Shown: positions 11,592 to 22,866, numbered from the stretch's first letter. The stretch: 64,000 bases of DNA from Candidatus Latescibacterota bacterium (GCA_965237525.1 CBDEFO010000008.1:928001-992000); one strand, 5' to 3'. The notes: generated by a model not told the origin, from the sequence alone. Program-made: numbers and translations.

Positions 11592-12980
11592 TCAATACGC
11601 CCCTCTTTCAGTCTTTCTCCCAAATAACGTCATCAAGAGAATCTTAATGTCCAATCCTATAGACCAGTTTTCAATGTAATATATATCGTACTTGGTGCGC
11701 TCCTCAATGGGAGCGTTGCCCCTCAGACCGTTCACCTGCGCCCAGCCGGACATCCCCGACTTGACCCTGTGCCTGTCCAGATACTGAGGGACTTCGCTAC
11801 CAAATTGATCCACAAAGTACTCCCTCTCCGGTCTCGGCCCGACAAGACTCATCTCCCCCTTTAACACATTCCACAGCTGAGGAAGCTCGTCTATACTCCA
11901 TCGCCTCAAAAAACGACCTACAGGGGTCACCCTTGGATCGTCCTCAGCAGCCCAAACAGGTCCGGTCTCCCCTTCAGCGTCCTCTATCATAGACCGAAAC
12001 TTAAAAATAACGAACCTCCTGCCGTCTCTGCCTATCCTCTCCTGCCTGTAAAATATAGGTCCCTTTGAAGTCCCCTTGATGATCAGCGCTAAAGGGAGGA
12101 ACAGAGGCCATAACGCCATTAATAGAACTCCCGACACTGCAATGTCCATCCCGCGCTTGACCACGGCGTTCCAGCCCGACAGCGGACGCCCTTTGAGACC
12201 CATCACCGGTACGCCGCCTATATTCCCCATCGAAACCTTCACAGCGAGCAGGTCGTAAAGATCAGGTACAAGATAAAACTCCACGTCCAAGCCCTCGCAG
12301 TCGGAGATAATTTTGGCTATTTTTTTTCTCTCGGACGGAGGGATCGTCAAAATCAATAGATCCAGCCCCTGCTCCTTTACAATCTCTCTTATTTTATCGA
12401 CTTCCCCGATGCGTTCCCCTTTTGGGGACTCAAAACCTATAGTTCCAACCAGATTGTAGTCCATGTCCCCTCCCTGACGGATCTCTTCAACCACTCTCTC
12501 AGAAAACTCTCCCGGTCCGCCTACAGCGCACCTTTTGACATTCCATCCCTTCTTCCTCAACCTGTTTATGTACAATCGCAAAGCCAACCTCCCGGCGACC
12601 AGCAGAGCTGCGCTCAGAATCCACATGTATATAAAGGTCAAACGAGAATAGGAAAATCCCCTGTACAAAAACGCGGCAGACATCACAGATAGCGACCCTA
12701 CTGTCGTGGCTTTAAAGACCCCGAATATCTCATCTAAGACCGACATGCCGCTGGATCTGTACAACCTCATAGCCCCCAATATAACTATCCAAAGCGGGAT
12801 CACAAAAAGAGACGCCTTCACATAAAATCTTGCATCCGGTACTCCCTTAATCACAGGGAATATCCTCACAAGCGGAGAATCGAACCTCAGTCAGTAAGAC
12901 CCATAGAAAGCCAGAGCCATCCCTAAAATATCCGACCCCAAAAGCAGAATCGGGAATAGAATTTCACCTTTTCTTTTCAT
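11592..12980 (-). pseudogene. undecaprenyl-phosphate glucose phosphotransferase (WcaJ-like) with in-frame TGA at codon 30
   Basis: KFRSM, SIDELPQLWNVLKGEMSLVGPRPE; upstream in-frame MKRKGEILF...GSY*LRF with TGA at 12891-12893; ORF 11592..12869 remains open. Confidence 0.75.
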
Positions 12981-14073
12981 CTCTCCATCTTTCCCAGCAT
13001 TTGTTCACAAACTGATTTATCCTCTCCTTGAAGATGCTCCTGTCGAACCTCAGCGCCCAATCTCTTATAACTTTGGAATCGAATCTTGCCGGATCCAACG
13101 TCCTCACCGCCTCCTGGAGCGCCTCTGGCTCTTGAGGATAGAAGAAGACCCCCGTTTCACCCTCAAGCACGCTCTCCAGAGCCCCGCCCCCTCTAAATGC
13201 GATCACGGGTCTGCCGCTGGCCTGAGCCTCTAGTGGAACTATCCCGAAATCCTCCACACCCGGAAATATCAAGGCCCTCGCCTTTGAATATAACTCTTTT
13301 ATCTCATCGTCGGGAAGGTGGCCCAAGAAAGTGATATTCTTGGAAGCCATCCCCTTCAATTTTTCCTCCTCAGGCCCAGTTCCCACAACTATCAACTTGA
13401 GCCCAAGCCCCTTGAAGGCCTCCAGGGCTATATCCATCCTCTTATACGGAACGAGCGAGGACACCGCAAGGTAATAGTCGTCCACCTTCTCAGATATATG
13501 ATAGTACGCACCGTTAACAGGCGGATAGATCACGTGAGAATCCCTGTTGTAAAATCTTTTTATCCGATCCTGAACGAATTTGGAGATGGCGACAAAAACA
13601 TCCACCCCGTGCGCCGTTTTCCTGTCCCAGCTCCTGAGCCGACTCAAAAGAGGCTGAAGGGCGAGCAACCTCAATTTCCCTATCCTCTCTTCTCCGAAAT
13701 ATTCCTCCCACATATCCCACACGTATCGCATCGGAGTGTAACAATAACAAATATGCAGGGACTGATCGCCCTCTTTAACGCCCTTTGCGGCGCAGTGACT
13801 GCTCGACAGGATGACGTCAAACTCTGAGACATCCAGTCCTTTCACGGCTGCGGGGAATAGAGGAAGGAGATACCTGTAGTTCTTTTTGGCTTTCGGAATA
13901 TTCTGGATAAAAGAAGTATATATCCTGTGGTCTTCAATCTCAGAGGACACAGACCCCGGAACGTGCAGGAGAGTATAGACAGGCGCGCCGGGATAAAGCT
14001 TTGCGAACACTTCAAGGCACCTTTCCCCTCCCCTTGTGCCGACCAGCCAATCGTGGACTAAAGCTATATTCAT
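12964..14073 (-). CDS. GT4 family glycosyltransferase
   Basis: MNIALVHDWL..GGER, YCYTPMRYVWD, EDFGIVPLEAQASG. Confidence 0.93.
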   Translation of the reverse strand: MNIALVHDWLVGTRGGERCLEVFAKLYPGAPVYTLLHVPGSVSSEIEDHRIYTSFIQNIPKAKKNYRYLLPLFPAAVKGLDVSEFDVILSSSHCAAKGVKEGDQSLHICYCYTPMRYVWDMWEEYFGEERIGKLRLLALQPLLSRLRSWDRKTAHGVDVFVAISKFVQDRIKRFYNRDSHVIYPPVNGAYYHISEKVDDYYLAVSSLVPYKRMDIALEAFKGLGLKLIVVGTGPEEEKLKGMASKNITFLGHLPDDEIKELYSKARALIFPGVEDFGIVPLEAQASGRPVIAFRGGGALESVLEGETGVFFYPQEPEALQEAVRTLDPARFDSKVIRDWALRFDRSIFKERINQFVNKCWERWRDEKKR

Positions 14074-14077
14074 AGGA

Positions 14078-14530
14078 TCAAAACTTCTCTCCAGAAGCTT
14101 CTCTCAATTTGCTCCCGGAAGCCCTTATCCTAGGCCATCTGTTGAAGAAAAAGAGGGCGATGCCCAATATCTCTGTCAGACTCGAAAGAACAACGATCCA
14201 ATCTAAAACTTCATAATCTACAAATACGCTTATAACCTCAGAGGCAAATCTCAGCGATATAGCCCCTGTCATCAGAATTATACAAGCTTACACAAGTCCG
14301 GACTATATCCCTCATCGCCCTTAGGGAGTCTTGGGAACAACCACAGCGCGACGCCCATGATCATCATCATTATAAATCCCACAAGCAGTATATGAACGTG
14401 CGCTGTTACCATCTGACAATGCAGAGGTACATCCAATATCTCGAGCCACGATCATATAGCCGCCCGACACCAGGCCTATAGAGAGAAAGACTATACTTGT
14501 CTTTATGAAATATCTGACCAAGCTATACAT
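14078..14530 (-). pseudogene. fragmented small multi-TM membrane protein
   Basis: MYSLVRYFIKTS..., then TAHVHILLVGFIMMMIMGVALWLFP in another frame, then ...FFFNRWPRIR...; several frameshifts. Confidence 0.6.
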
Positions 14531-14580
14531 TCAACCTATACATGGTTGAGTACCAGGTCAAAATAGTAGCAGCATACGGG

Positions 14581-14750
14581 GAGATTGCTTCGGGGGATTT
14601 CATCCTCCTTGCAATGACCTGGAGGGACGTGCAGTGACGTAGGGCGATGGGTTATTACGGGCACCTGAAACTGTCATGGCAAGCCAAGCGAAGCAATCTC
14701 AAGGGATGTAGGGCTGTCTCCTGTCTACCCCCGATTGAATCTATTGGGGG
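14581..14750. repeat. cluster of short repeats: two GTCATTGCGAG/GAAGCAATCTC-type halves, a GTAG REP-like unit and a hairpin micro-element
   Basis: GAGATTGCTTCG...TTGCAATGAC (14581-14618), GTCATGGCAAG...GAAGCAATCTC (to 14700), CCCCCGATTGAATCTATTGGGGG (14728-14750). Confidence 0.7.
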
Positions 14751-14772
14751 CTGCTGACTACTTTCTACTCAT

Positions 14773-15360
14773 TTAAAACCTCTCGGAGCCGTGACCCCCC
14801 TTCAGAATCGCCCCATCCATAATAGCGCCGTCCAATATCGCTCCGTAGAGCTTGGCCTCGCGCAGAAAAGCCTTTGTAAGGTTCGCCTCCCTTAGATCCA
14901 CGCTGTTGAAGTCCACCTGAGAGAAGAAGGCGTTCTCCAGATTTGCGCCCCTAAACGACGTCGGCAGTTCCTCGTCATTGGGCTTTCCGAATTTCACAAC
15001 CCCGAATCTGGCATTCTTAAGATTTGTCCTTCTGAAGCTTGCGCCCTCAAGATTGCTCCCCGAAAGGAAGGCTCCTTCCATGTCCGCATCGTCGAACTTC
15101 GCGCCGTCCAGATCCGAATGCACTAAAAAGGCCCCCTTAAGAATGCCCTTTGAAAGGTCTGCTTCTTTCAGGCTCGCATGCTCTAATCTGGTTTCTATTA
15201 ACCTTGCCCCTTTAAGATTTGTACCGTCCAATTTCGCCCTTGTCATGTCCACACCCGAAAGATCTACATTCTCCAGATTGGCACCAGCAAGGCCCGCACC
15301 CACAAGATCTCCCCCAAGCTTTACTCTTGCTAAAACCTCGTCATGTATTGAGGTGTTCAT
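14773..15360 (-). CDS. pentapeptide repeat protein
   Basis: Continuous A(N/D)LxG-type 5-residue repeats. Confidence 0.9.
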   Translation of the reverse strand: MNTSIHDEVLARVKLGGDLVGAGLAGANLENVDLSGVDMTRAKLDGTNLKGARLIETRLEHASLKEADLSKGILKGAFLVHSDLDGAKFDDADMEGAFLSGSNLEGASFRRTNLKNARFGVVKFGKPNDEELPTSFRGANLENAFFSQVDFNSVDLREANLTKAFLREAKLYGAILDGAIMDGAILKGGHGSERF

Positions 15361-15403
15361 CTTGAGTCACCTATCTTCTTGAAATGAGCTTTCCCGTAAG
15401 CTC

Positions 15404-16171
15404 CTATATTCCTTTTTCAACATTGACTTTTTGAATAAACTCCTTAACACAATCCTCCTCGCACGACAGTAGTTCTTCATAAGTCCCGACAAACCGTATC
15501 TTTCCATCCTTAAATAGTGCCAATCTATCTGCAAAGCTTGTGTAATGCTCTATCCCCGACACAGCCACAAAATTCGTGCGCTTTCCCTTCGGTCCCGGAT
15601 TTTCCAGCGTAAAGACTGACTCTACTATATCCCTTACCATCAACGGAGACAGCCCAAGAGACGGATCGTCGCACAGAAGGATCTCGGGATTGAGGACAAG
15701 GGCTCTGGCCAGTGCCACTTTCCTACTTACATAACTATCTAAAAGATAAGGCCTTTTATCTTTCTCCTTTTCAATGTTTAACACCGTTAACAGCTCATTT
15801 ACCCTCCCCTCGATCTCATCCGTCTTCATCTTTGTATGATAGCTCAAAGGCAAAGATATATTCCCAGCCACAGTCATATTGCCTATCAGTCCGAAGTTCC
15901 TGTAGAAGACAGTGCCCAAATTTTCTCGAAGCTCCAGGAGTTCTGCCCTTCCGTACTGTGAAATATCTATGCCGTTTACTCTCACAACTCCCCTATTTGC
16001 CTTGTAGAGTCCCAGTGTAAGCCTGATGAAGAATGACTTGCCGCTCCCGCTCGGTCCGAAGAGCACAAAATTTTCTCCCCTTTTGATGCAAAGGTCTATA
16101 CCCTTAATAAACTGCCGTCCATCGATCTCTACAAAGACATTCTCGAACTGTATGGCATAGTCTTCTGACAT
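15404..16171 (-). CDS. MlaF-like ABC ATP-binding protein with degenerate motifs
   Basis: Walker A GPSGSGKS; ALARALVLNPEILLCDDP; adjacent to MlaE-like gene. Confidence 0.85.
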   Translation of the reverse strand: MSEDYAIQFENVFVEIDGRQFIKGIDLCIKRGENFVLFGPSGSGKSFFIRLTLGLYKANRGVVRVNGIDISQYGRAELLELRENLGTVFYRNFGLIGNMTVAGNISLPLSYHTKMKTDEIEGRVNELLTVLNIEKEKDKRPYLLDSYVSRKVALARALVLNPEILLCDDPSLGLSPLMVRDIVESVFTLENPGPKGKRTNFVAVSGIEHYTSFADRLALFKDGKIRFVGTYEELLSCEEDCVKEFIQKVNVEKGI

Positions 16172-16178
16172 AATTCAA

Positions 16179-16977
16179 CTACAGATAAAATGCGACAGAG
16201 ATAATCGCACTCGATACGAACACAAAGAACATCGCCTGCATCACACCGTCCCTTGCGACTGCCGGGACCTCCCAACTTGCCCTCTGAGCTAAGAGTCCGT
16301 TGTAGCAGGAGAAAAGAGCGACGATCATCCCGAACAGGGCGCCTTTTGAAAAGCTTATATACACATCAGTAAGCGTCAACGCATCGAATATGTGACCTAA
16401 ATAAATCGTCAAGGGCATAGTCAGTTTAAAACTCGCCACCAGGAACCCACCCACCAGGGCTATCACATCAAAGTAGATTATAAGACAAAACGTAGAGATA
16501 ATACAACCTATGATCCTGGGAAGCACGCTGAATCTAAACATATCCACTCCCATGGCCTCTAAAGCCTCGATCTCCCCGGTCACTTTATTGGTCGCCAATT
16601 CTGCAGCCATGGCAGTTCCCGATCTGCTTATCACGATGACGGCTGTTATGAGCGGGCCTAACTCCCTTATGATCGCTATCACTGATATTGTCCCTATAAA
16701 TCTCTGCGCTCCTACGCCGATCAACTGTGGTAGAGACTGAATGATAACCACAGAACCCTAAAATCAGCGAGACCAGAGTCAGAAACGGTATAGCCTCCAG
16801 GCCTGTAAAATATACCTGCTTTACCACTACCTCGAAAGAGGTCCAAAACCCCTGCTTGTGGAAATCCAAGGTCCCCCTTAAAGTCCTCAGAGAGAAGGCG
16901 GAAATATCCGCTACGACCTCGAAAAGACGCCTCGTTTTATAACCTACAAAGCCCAGCAAACCGAACATACTAATCAC
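16179..16977 (-). pseudogene. MlaE-family ABC permease, frameshifted
   Basis: N-terminal part (QVYFTGLEAIP) in ORF 16585..16977 and C-terminal part (IRELGPLITA...SRSGTAMAAEL) in ORF 16179..16751; frame change near 16755. Confidence 0.8.
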
Positions 16978-17422
16978 TCTTCCCTTTTTGGCCTCTTGAA
17001 ATGTACCTGGAGATCAAGAGCCCTAAGACCGCTACGGACACGATGATCCCGATCCAGGGAACTTTCTTTGAAAGCCTGTTTAAGAACTCATATACTAAAA
17101 ATAATCCCGACGTCCCCAGAAGCGGAACCAAACTCAAAAGGGCCTCCCTGTTCGAGGTCTCAAATAGAAATCTGATCAGTAAAAAGAGAACACAGATACC
17201 CAGAGTATAGATGATAATTGCTCCGGGTAATACAGTATAGTTGAAAATCATACTCAACATCAGACTTGCTACAGTGTAGATAGCCCCCACAACTACTATT
17301 CCGCCCCCTGTAACGCCCTCCACTCCCGCCAATTTCACACCTAACCACACCAGAAGACATACTATCCCGGCCCCCGATAACAGGGGAAATAAGCTGCGGA
17401 TGTAGTCCAACAAGCTGTCCAA
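16970..17422 (-). CDS. hypothetical membrane protein
   Basis: 150 aa, about 5 hydrophobic segments, operonic position. Confidence 0.65.
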   Translation of the reverse strand: MDSLLDYIRSLFPLLSGAGIVCLLVWLGVKLAGVEGVTGGGIVVVGAIYTVASLMLSMIFNYTVLPGAIIIYTLGICVLFLLIRFLFETSNREALLSLVPLLGTSGLFLVYEFLNRLSKKVPWIGIIVSVAVLGLLISRYISRGQKGKSD

Positions 17423-17433
17423 AAGAATGTCCT

Positions 17434-18558
17434 TTAATGTCGAGTCAACAAGTTGGTCATCTTTTCTGTCTCCTTTAACCCTGATCCTGTAAGCGGGAGG
17501 ACAATTGTCTTCCCATCTTCATTATTTTCTATGTGCTTCAGTGCCCCCGCAAGGGCCACAGCGCCTGTTGGCTCTACGTAGAGTCCCTTTCCGCACAGCA
17601 TCCAGAGAGCATCGGCAACCTCTTTGTCCGACACTGATAGAGTCATGCCACCGCCCTCCCTAAGAGCAGCTAATATCTGCCTTCCCCTTACGGGTTTCGC
17701 CACAGCGATCCCATCGGCAATTGAATCCCGCTTTTTGATCTCAGCCGGAGCATCTGAACCTTCTTCGAACGCCTTGCAAATCGGATCACACCCTGCAGAC
17801 TGTACCGCTACGATTCTTGGAACGCTCTCTATAATCCCCTCAAGGGCCAATTCCTTAAAGCCCATATAAGCCCCTAAGAGTAGCGTTCCATTGCCCACAG
17901 GGACCACCACCACATCTGGTGCTCTCCAGCCCAACTGCTCGCATACCTCAAATGCAAACGTCTTTGTCCCCTGTAAGAAGAACGGATTCCAGCTGTGGCT
18001 TGCGTAATAGATGTTGAAAGCCCACTCTAAGGCAGCTTCAGCTACATTCTCCCTTGAGCCCTCTATTCTCCTTAGCTTTGCGCTGTATCCCTCAATCTGA
18101 GCCAATTTCCCTGCGGGAGTTCCCGAAGGCACAAAAATCTCGCACTCTATTCCACAAAGAGCACAATAAGCAGCGATCGCGCTTCCTGCATTTCCCGAGG
18201 AATCCTCCACTAATCTGTTCACCTTAAGCTCTTTAGCCTTACTTATGAGGACCGACGCCCCTCGATCTTTAAAAGACCCCGATGGCATCAGATACTCAAG
18301 TTTCAATAGAAACCTGTTTCCCTTCAGGTCCGTCTCCACCAACGGAGTGTAGCCCTCACCCAGAGAGACTATATTATCGTCATCCAATATTGGGATAGCC
18401 TCCCGGTACCTCCAAAGCGTCGGCTCCCTTTTTTCTATCTGGTTCAGTGGGAAACGCGCCTTGTACTCCAAGTCCAATATGCCGCCGCACTCACATCTCC
18501 AAACTGGAGAATTTCCGGGATACCTCTGTCCACATTCTGCACAGCAAAGTTCAGCCAT
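17434..18558 (-). CDS. threonine synthase-like PLP-dependent enzyme
   Basis: N-terminal Zn ribbon, SLGEGYTP, SGSFKDRG, DSSGNAG, VEPTGA, LTGSGLK. Confidence 0.88.
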   Translation of the reverse strand: MAELCCAECGQRYPGNSPVWRCECGGILDLEYKARFPLNQIEKREPTLWRYREAIPILDDDNIVSLGEGYTPLVETDLKGNRFLLKLEYLMPSGSFKDRGASVLISKAKELKVNRLVEDSSGNAGSAIAAYCALCGIECEIFVPSGTPAGKLAQIEGYSAKLRRIEGSRENVAEAALEWAFNIYYASHSWNPFFLQGTKTFAFEVCEQLGWRAPDVVVVPVGNGTLLLGAYMGFKELALEGIIESVPRIVAVQSAGCDPICKAFEEGSDAPAEIKKRDSIADGIAVAKPVRGRQILAALREGGGMTLSVSDKEVADALWMLCGKGLYVEPTGAVALAGALKHIENNEDGKTIVLPLTGSGLKETEKMTNLLTRH

Positions 18559-18744
18559 CTGTACTCCTTCAGATACGATCCGGTTATTTCTACTTTATGC
18601 TCAATATGGGTTCTGACGGGTCAGACCAAATAATAGTCAATTAATTTCCTAAAATCAACCACTTTTTAGATAACTTACACTGACGATCGGCAATTTGAGC
18701 GGACGTGCCCCAGGATAGTAAGTTGTAGATAAAGAGGAATTTAC

Positions 18745-18773
18745 TTGACAAACAGAACGGTTTAGCTTAAATT
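18745..18773 (+). promoter_or_regulatory. sigma70-type promoter of ptsH operon
   Basis: TTGACA-17 nt-TAAATT. Confidence 0.55.
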
Positions 18774-18808
18774 GATGAGAGTATAAAGGGACAATTATAG
18801 AGGAGTTT

Positions 18809-19075
18809 ATGCAGCAGGGAACTGCTATAGTAAACAATAAATTAGGCATACACGCCCGTCCTGCCGCACTATTGGTTCAGGCGGCTTCGAAGTTCGATTC
18901 TGAAATTATGGTCTCTAAGGAAGACGTAGAGGTCAATGGCAAGAGCATTATGGGGGTTATGATGCTGGCGGCTGAGATGGGCTCTGAGCTGACCATAATG
19001 GCCAGAGGCCCTGACGAGGAGGAGGCGGTAAAGGAACTTGTGGCTATTGTGGAAAGCGGATTTGGAGAGGAGTAA
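18809..19075 (+). CDS. ptsH: phosphocarrier protein HPr
   Basis: GIHARPA (His15) and NGKSIMGVM (Ser46) motifs. Confidence 0.95.
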   Translation: MQQGTAIVNNKLGIHARPAALLVQAASKFDSEIMVSKEDVEVNGKSIMGVMMLAAEMGSELTIMARGPDEEEAVKELVAIVESGFGEE

Positions 19076-19087
19076 AGCTTTTATAGT

Positions 19088-20167
19088 GTGACGTATATCA
19101 CATCCAAGATCCGCTTAAACCCGTACTTAGTCAGTGCGTTTGTCAAGGAACAAAATATAAATATGATTCCCAGTGCATCAAATATATGGGCGGTTATCCC
19201 TGCCGCAGGAGTGGGGACGCGTCTTCGCCCCCTTACTCATACAGCTCCAAAGGCGTTAGTACAAGTAGCCGGAAAACCGATAATTGGCCATATTCTGGAC
19301 AAACTGTCAAAGGCAGGAATAAGGAAGGTCGTACTCATAATAGGCTATATGGGAGGTAAGATAGCAGACTATTTGGAAACTAATTACAGCTTTGAAAAGA
19401 CGAAGTATGTGGAGCAGGAAGAGATGAAAGGACTGGGACACGCTGTGGGACTGACAGAAAAGATAGTTGGCGAAGATCCATGTCTTATAGTCTATGGGGA
19501 TACCATAACTGAGGGCGACATAACAGTCGGCATAGACAACAGATTCGACGGCTTGATCGGGGTAAAGCGCGTCGAGAATCCCCACAGGTTCGGCGTAGTC
19601 CAATTGGATGGGGACAACAAGATCAGGCGGCTTGTGGAAAAGCCCGATAAGTTCGTATCAGACCTTGCCATTGTAGGTGTGAACTATATTAAGAGTTCAG
19701 GGCTCCTTTTTGAGTGCTTGGAGGAACTCTTAAAGGAGAACGTAACGACAAAAGGAGAATACCAGCTGACAGACGCCTTTGGGCTTATGGTAGAAAAAGG
19801 CGCCATCCTTTCGATCTTTCCCATCGAGGACTGGTTCGACTGCGGAAATCCAGAGACGCTTTTAGAGACCAATAGATATCTATTATCCTTGAATTCAAAG
19901 TCAAGACAGATCCCGGGATCGATCATAGTGCATCCTGTCTTTATATCAGAGAGTACAAAAATAGAAAATTCAATTATAGGTCCTTACGTCTCCATAGCCG
20001 ACGGGGCTTATGTGGAGTCTTCTATAGTACGGAACTCGATAATCAGCGAAAACTCCATAGTTCGGGACTGCGTTTTAGAGGGCTCTTTAATAGGAAACGA
20101 GGCAACGGTCAGAGGAGGATCTAAAAAGCTAAATGTGGGCGATGCATCCCAGATAGATTTCCATTGA
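19088..20167 (+). CDS. sugar-phosphate nucleotidyltransferase (glucose-1-phosphate thymidylyltransferase-like) with hexapeptide tail
   Basis: IPAAGVGTRLRPLT..PK, VEKP, GEYQLTDA, WFDCG; true start probably ~75 nt downstream. Confidence 0.88.
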   Translation: MTYITSKIRLNPYLVSAFVKEQNINMIPSASNIWAVIPAAGVGTRLRPLTHTAPKALVQVAGKPIIGHILDKLSKAGIRKVVLIIGYMGGKIADYLETNYSFEKTKYVEQEEMKGLGHAVGLTEKIVGEDPCLIVYGDTITEGDITVGIDNRFDGLIGVKRVENPHRFGVVQLDGDNKIRRLVEKPDKFVSDLAIVGVNYIKSSGLLFECLEELLKENVTTKGEYQLTDAFGLMVEKGAILSIFPIEDWFDCGNPETLLETNRYLLSLNSKSRQIPGSIIVHPVFISESTKIENSIIGPYVSIADGAYVESSIVRNSIISENSIVRDCVLEGSLIGNEATVRGGSKKLNVGDASQIDFH

Positions 20168-20284
20168 TGCAATTGTGTGCGGTAGCTCTTGATGGATATA
20201 TGAGGGATAAACATCCCTATTTTTGATAGAAACCTTCAAACAAAGAGTATTGAAGAACTTTTTGGGGAGAAAAAGGAGCACTTA

Positions 20285-21466
20285 ATGCTAAATCGCCGTC
20301 TATTCACGTCTGAGTCAGTCTCGGAGGGACACCCCGATAAGATAGCCGACCAGATATCCGACACTGTCTTAGACGCTATTATTGAGAAGGACCCAGAAGC
20401 CCGGGTGGCGTGTGAGACTTTAGTGACGACGGGGATAGTATTTGTGACCGGAGAAGTAACCACGGATACGTGGGTAGATATACCACTTATCGTGAGGGAT
20501 ACGATAAAGGATATAGGATACACCGATTCCAACTACGGTCTTGATTATGAAAGTTGTGCGATCGTTCAGAGCATAGGTAGGCAATCATCGGACATATCTC
20601 AGGGCGTGTCCGAAGGAGAGGGACTTCACAAGGATCAGGGCGCGGGAGATCAAGGGATGATGTACGGCTACGCCTGCAACGAGACAGAAGAGCTCATGCC
20701 CCTTCCGATCATGCTGGCTCATAAGCTGCTTATGCACCTTGCCTACCTGAGAAAAGATAAAATACTGCCCTATTTGAGGCCTGATAGCAAATCGCAGGTG
20801 ACAGTTGAGTACGAAGGCGATAGGCCTGTCAGAGTCCATACTGTAGTTATATCTACCCAGCACGACCCGGATTTGGGACACGACCAGATCAGGTCCGACA
20901 TGATCGAACATGTGATCAAGGAGATCATAGCTGAGGAATATCTGGATGGAGATCCGATTTACCATGTCAATCCGACCGGCAGATTCGTCACTGGAGGACC
21001 GCATGGGGATACAGGGCTTACGGGGAGGAAGATCATCGTGGATACCTACGGAGGTATGAGCAGGCACGGCGGCGGAGCCTTCTCCGGCAAAGACCCCACT
21101 AAAATGGACAGAAGTGCAAGCTACGCTGCCAGATATGTCGCCAAGAATATAGTAGCAGCAGGGCTGGCAACCAGAGCCGAGGTTCAGTTGGCCTACGCGA
21201 TAGGTGTAGCCGAGCCTGTGAGTATAAATGTGGATTCGTTCGGGACAGGAGCCATCCAGGACTCCAAGATATCCCAACTGGTAAGGGAACACTTTTCCCT
21301 TACCCCTAAAGGGATAATCGAGTCTTTAGATCTAATAAGGCCTATATACAGGCAGACATCCGCCTACGGGCACTTCGGAAGGAATCTTCCCGATTTCACC
21401 TGGGAGAAGACAGATAAGACAGAAGCGCTCAGAGAAAGCGCACAGCTTCAAGCGTACAGCGGATAA
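20285..21466 (+). CDS. metK: S-adenosylmethionine synthase
   Basis: [28 protein letters not shown]. Confidence 0.98.
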   Translation: MLNRRLFTSESVSEGHPDKIADQISDTVLDAIIEKDPEARVACETLVTTGIVFVTGEVTTDTWVDIPLIVRDTIKDIGYTDSNYGLDYESCAIVQSIGRQSSDISQGVSEGEGLHKDQGAGDQGMMYGYACNETEELMPLPIMLAHKLLMHLAYLRKDKILPYLRPDSKSQVTVEYEGDRPVRVHTVVISTQHDPDLGHDQIRSDMIEHVIKEIIAEEYLDGDPIYHVNPTGRFVTGGPHGDTGLTGRKIIVDTYGGMSRHGGGAFSGKDPTKMDRSASYAARYVAKNIVAAGLATRAEVQLAYAIGVAEPVSINVDSFGTGAIQDSKISQLVREHFSLTPKGIIESLDLIRPIYRQTSAYGHFGRNLPDFTWEKTDKTEALRESAQLQAYSG

Positions 21467-21534
21467 GCAGACGTCACACAGGGAAGGGAGCTTGTCCTGT
21501 CTGACGGATCAGTACTTTTGTGTGAGGAGAAGCA

Positions 21535-22785
21535 ATGACTTATAGAGTTAAGGACATAAGCTTAGCCGAACAGGGAATGAAAAACGTGGAGTGGGCTGAA
21601 AAGCAGATGGGCGCACTTTTAAGGATAAAGGAAAGATTTGAAAGGGAAAAGCCGCTTTCGGGATACAGAATTGGAATGGCGCTCCATGTCACCAAGGAGA
21701 CGGCAGTCCTCGTCAGGACACTTATAGCAGGCGGAGCAGATGTGGCGATAACAAGCTGCAATCCGCTGTCTACCCAGGACGATGTGGCAGCTGCCCTGGC
21801 TAAGGAGGGTGTAATCGTCTTTGCGCATAAGGGCGAAACCTCAGAGGAGTACTACACCTTCATAAACGAAATTATCGACTTTAAGCCGAACGTGACAATA
21901 GACGACGGCTGCGACCTTATCACCGAGATACATACCAAGCGTCAAGAAGCCCTGCCCGACATCGTATGCGGTTGTGAGGAGACGACGACGGGGATCGTAC
22001 GCCTGAGGGCGATGGAGCGGGACGGCGCTTTGAAGTATCCGATAATAGCCGTAAACGACTGCAACACCAAACACCTGATGGACAACTACTACGGGACGGG
22101 CCAGTCTACGCTGGACGGGATAATAAGGGCATCCAACATCCTGATCAGCGGGAAGACTATGGTGATAGCAGGATACGGAAACTGCGGAAAGGGATTGGCC
22201 TTAAGAGGCAAGGGCCTAGGAGCAGATGTGATCGTATGCGAGGTTGACCCCTTCAGGGCGCTGCAGGCCAGGATGGACGGCTTCCGCGTGATGCCCATCG
22301 CGGAGGCGGCCAAAGTAGGGGATATCTTTGTGACGGTGACGGGAAATTCGAAGGTCATCGCTAAAGAGCACATAAAGGACATGAAGGACGGCGCAATTTT
22401 GGCCAATTCAGGACACTTTGACAATGAGATAGACGTAGAGGGCCTAAAAGATATGGCCACCAATGTAAAGGAGGTCAGACCGCTCTTTGAGGAGTACAGC
22501 GTAGATGGCAAGTCGGTCTATCTGTGTGGAGAGGGCAGACTCGTAAACCTTTCGTGCGCTGAGGGACACCCTTCTGCAGTGATGGCACTTTCTTTCTGCG
22601 ATCAAGCATTGGGTATAGAGTACGGCGTAGAGAATAAGGGCAAGCTCGAGCCGAAAGTCTATCGCCTACCCGATGAGATAGACGACCAAGTGGCAAGACT
22701 GCAACTGGAGGCTATGGGGATAGAGATAGATAGTCTGACACCTGAACAGGAAAAGTATCTAAACTCGTGGACGGAAGGAACTTAA
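21535..22785 (+). CDS. ahcY: adenosylhomocysteinase
   Basis: SCNPLSTQD, EETTTG, GYGNCGKG, GHFDNEID, GRLVNL. Confidence 0.97.
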   Translation: MTYRVKDISLAEQGMKNVEWAEKQMGALLRIKERFEREKPLSGYRIGMALHVTKETAVLVRTLIAGGADVAITSCNPLSTQDDVAAALAKEGVIVFAHKGETSEEYYTFINEIIDFKPNVTIDDGCDLITEIHTKRQEALPDIVCGCEETTTGIVRLRAMERDGALKYPIIAVNDCNTKHLMDNYYGTGQSTLDGIIRASNILISGKTMVIAGYGNCGKGLALRGKGLGADVIVCEVDPFRALQARMDGFRVMPIAEAAKVGDIFVTVTGNSKVIAKEHIKDMKDGAILANSGHFDNEIDVEGLKDMATNVKEVRPLFEEYSVDGKSVYLCGEGRLVNLSCAEGHPSAVMALSFCDQALGIEYGVENKGKLEPKVYRLPDEIDDQVARLQLEAMGIEIDSLTPEQEKYLNSWTEGT

Positions 22786-22866
22786 AGATAGTAGACAGCA
22801 AACAGTAGACAGGATGTCCCTGCCCTTCCCCGTTTACTGACTACTATTAACAAGGAGGAACTTACA

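Noticed and set aside
20585..21292. 235-aa antisense ORF in metK and similar antisense ORFs in RND, reductase and sat genes
   Set aside because: Fully overlap well-supported genes; no motifs
20170..21534. SAM or SAH riboswitch upstream of metK or ahcY
   Set aside because: No recognisable consensus in the short leaders
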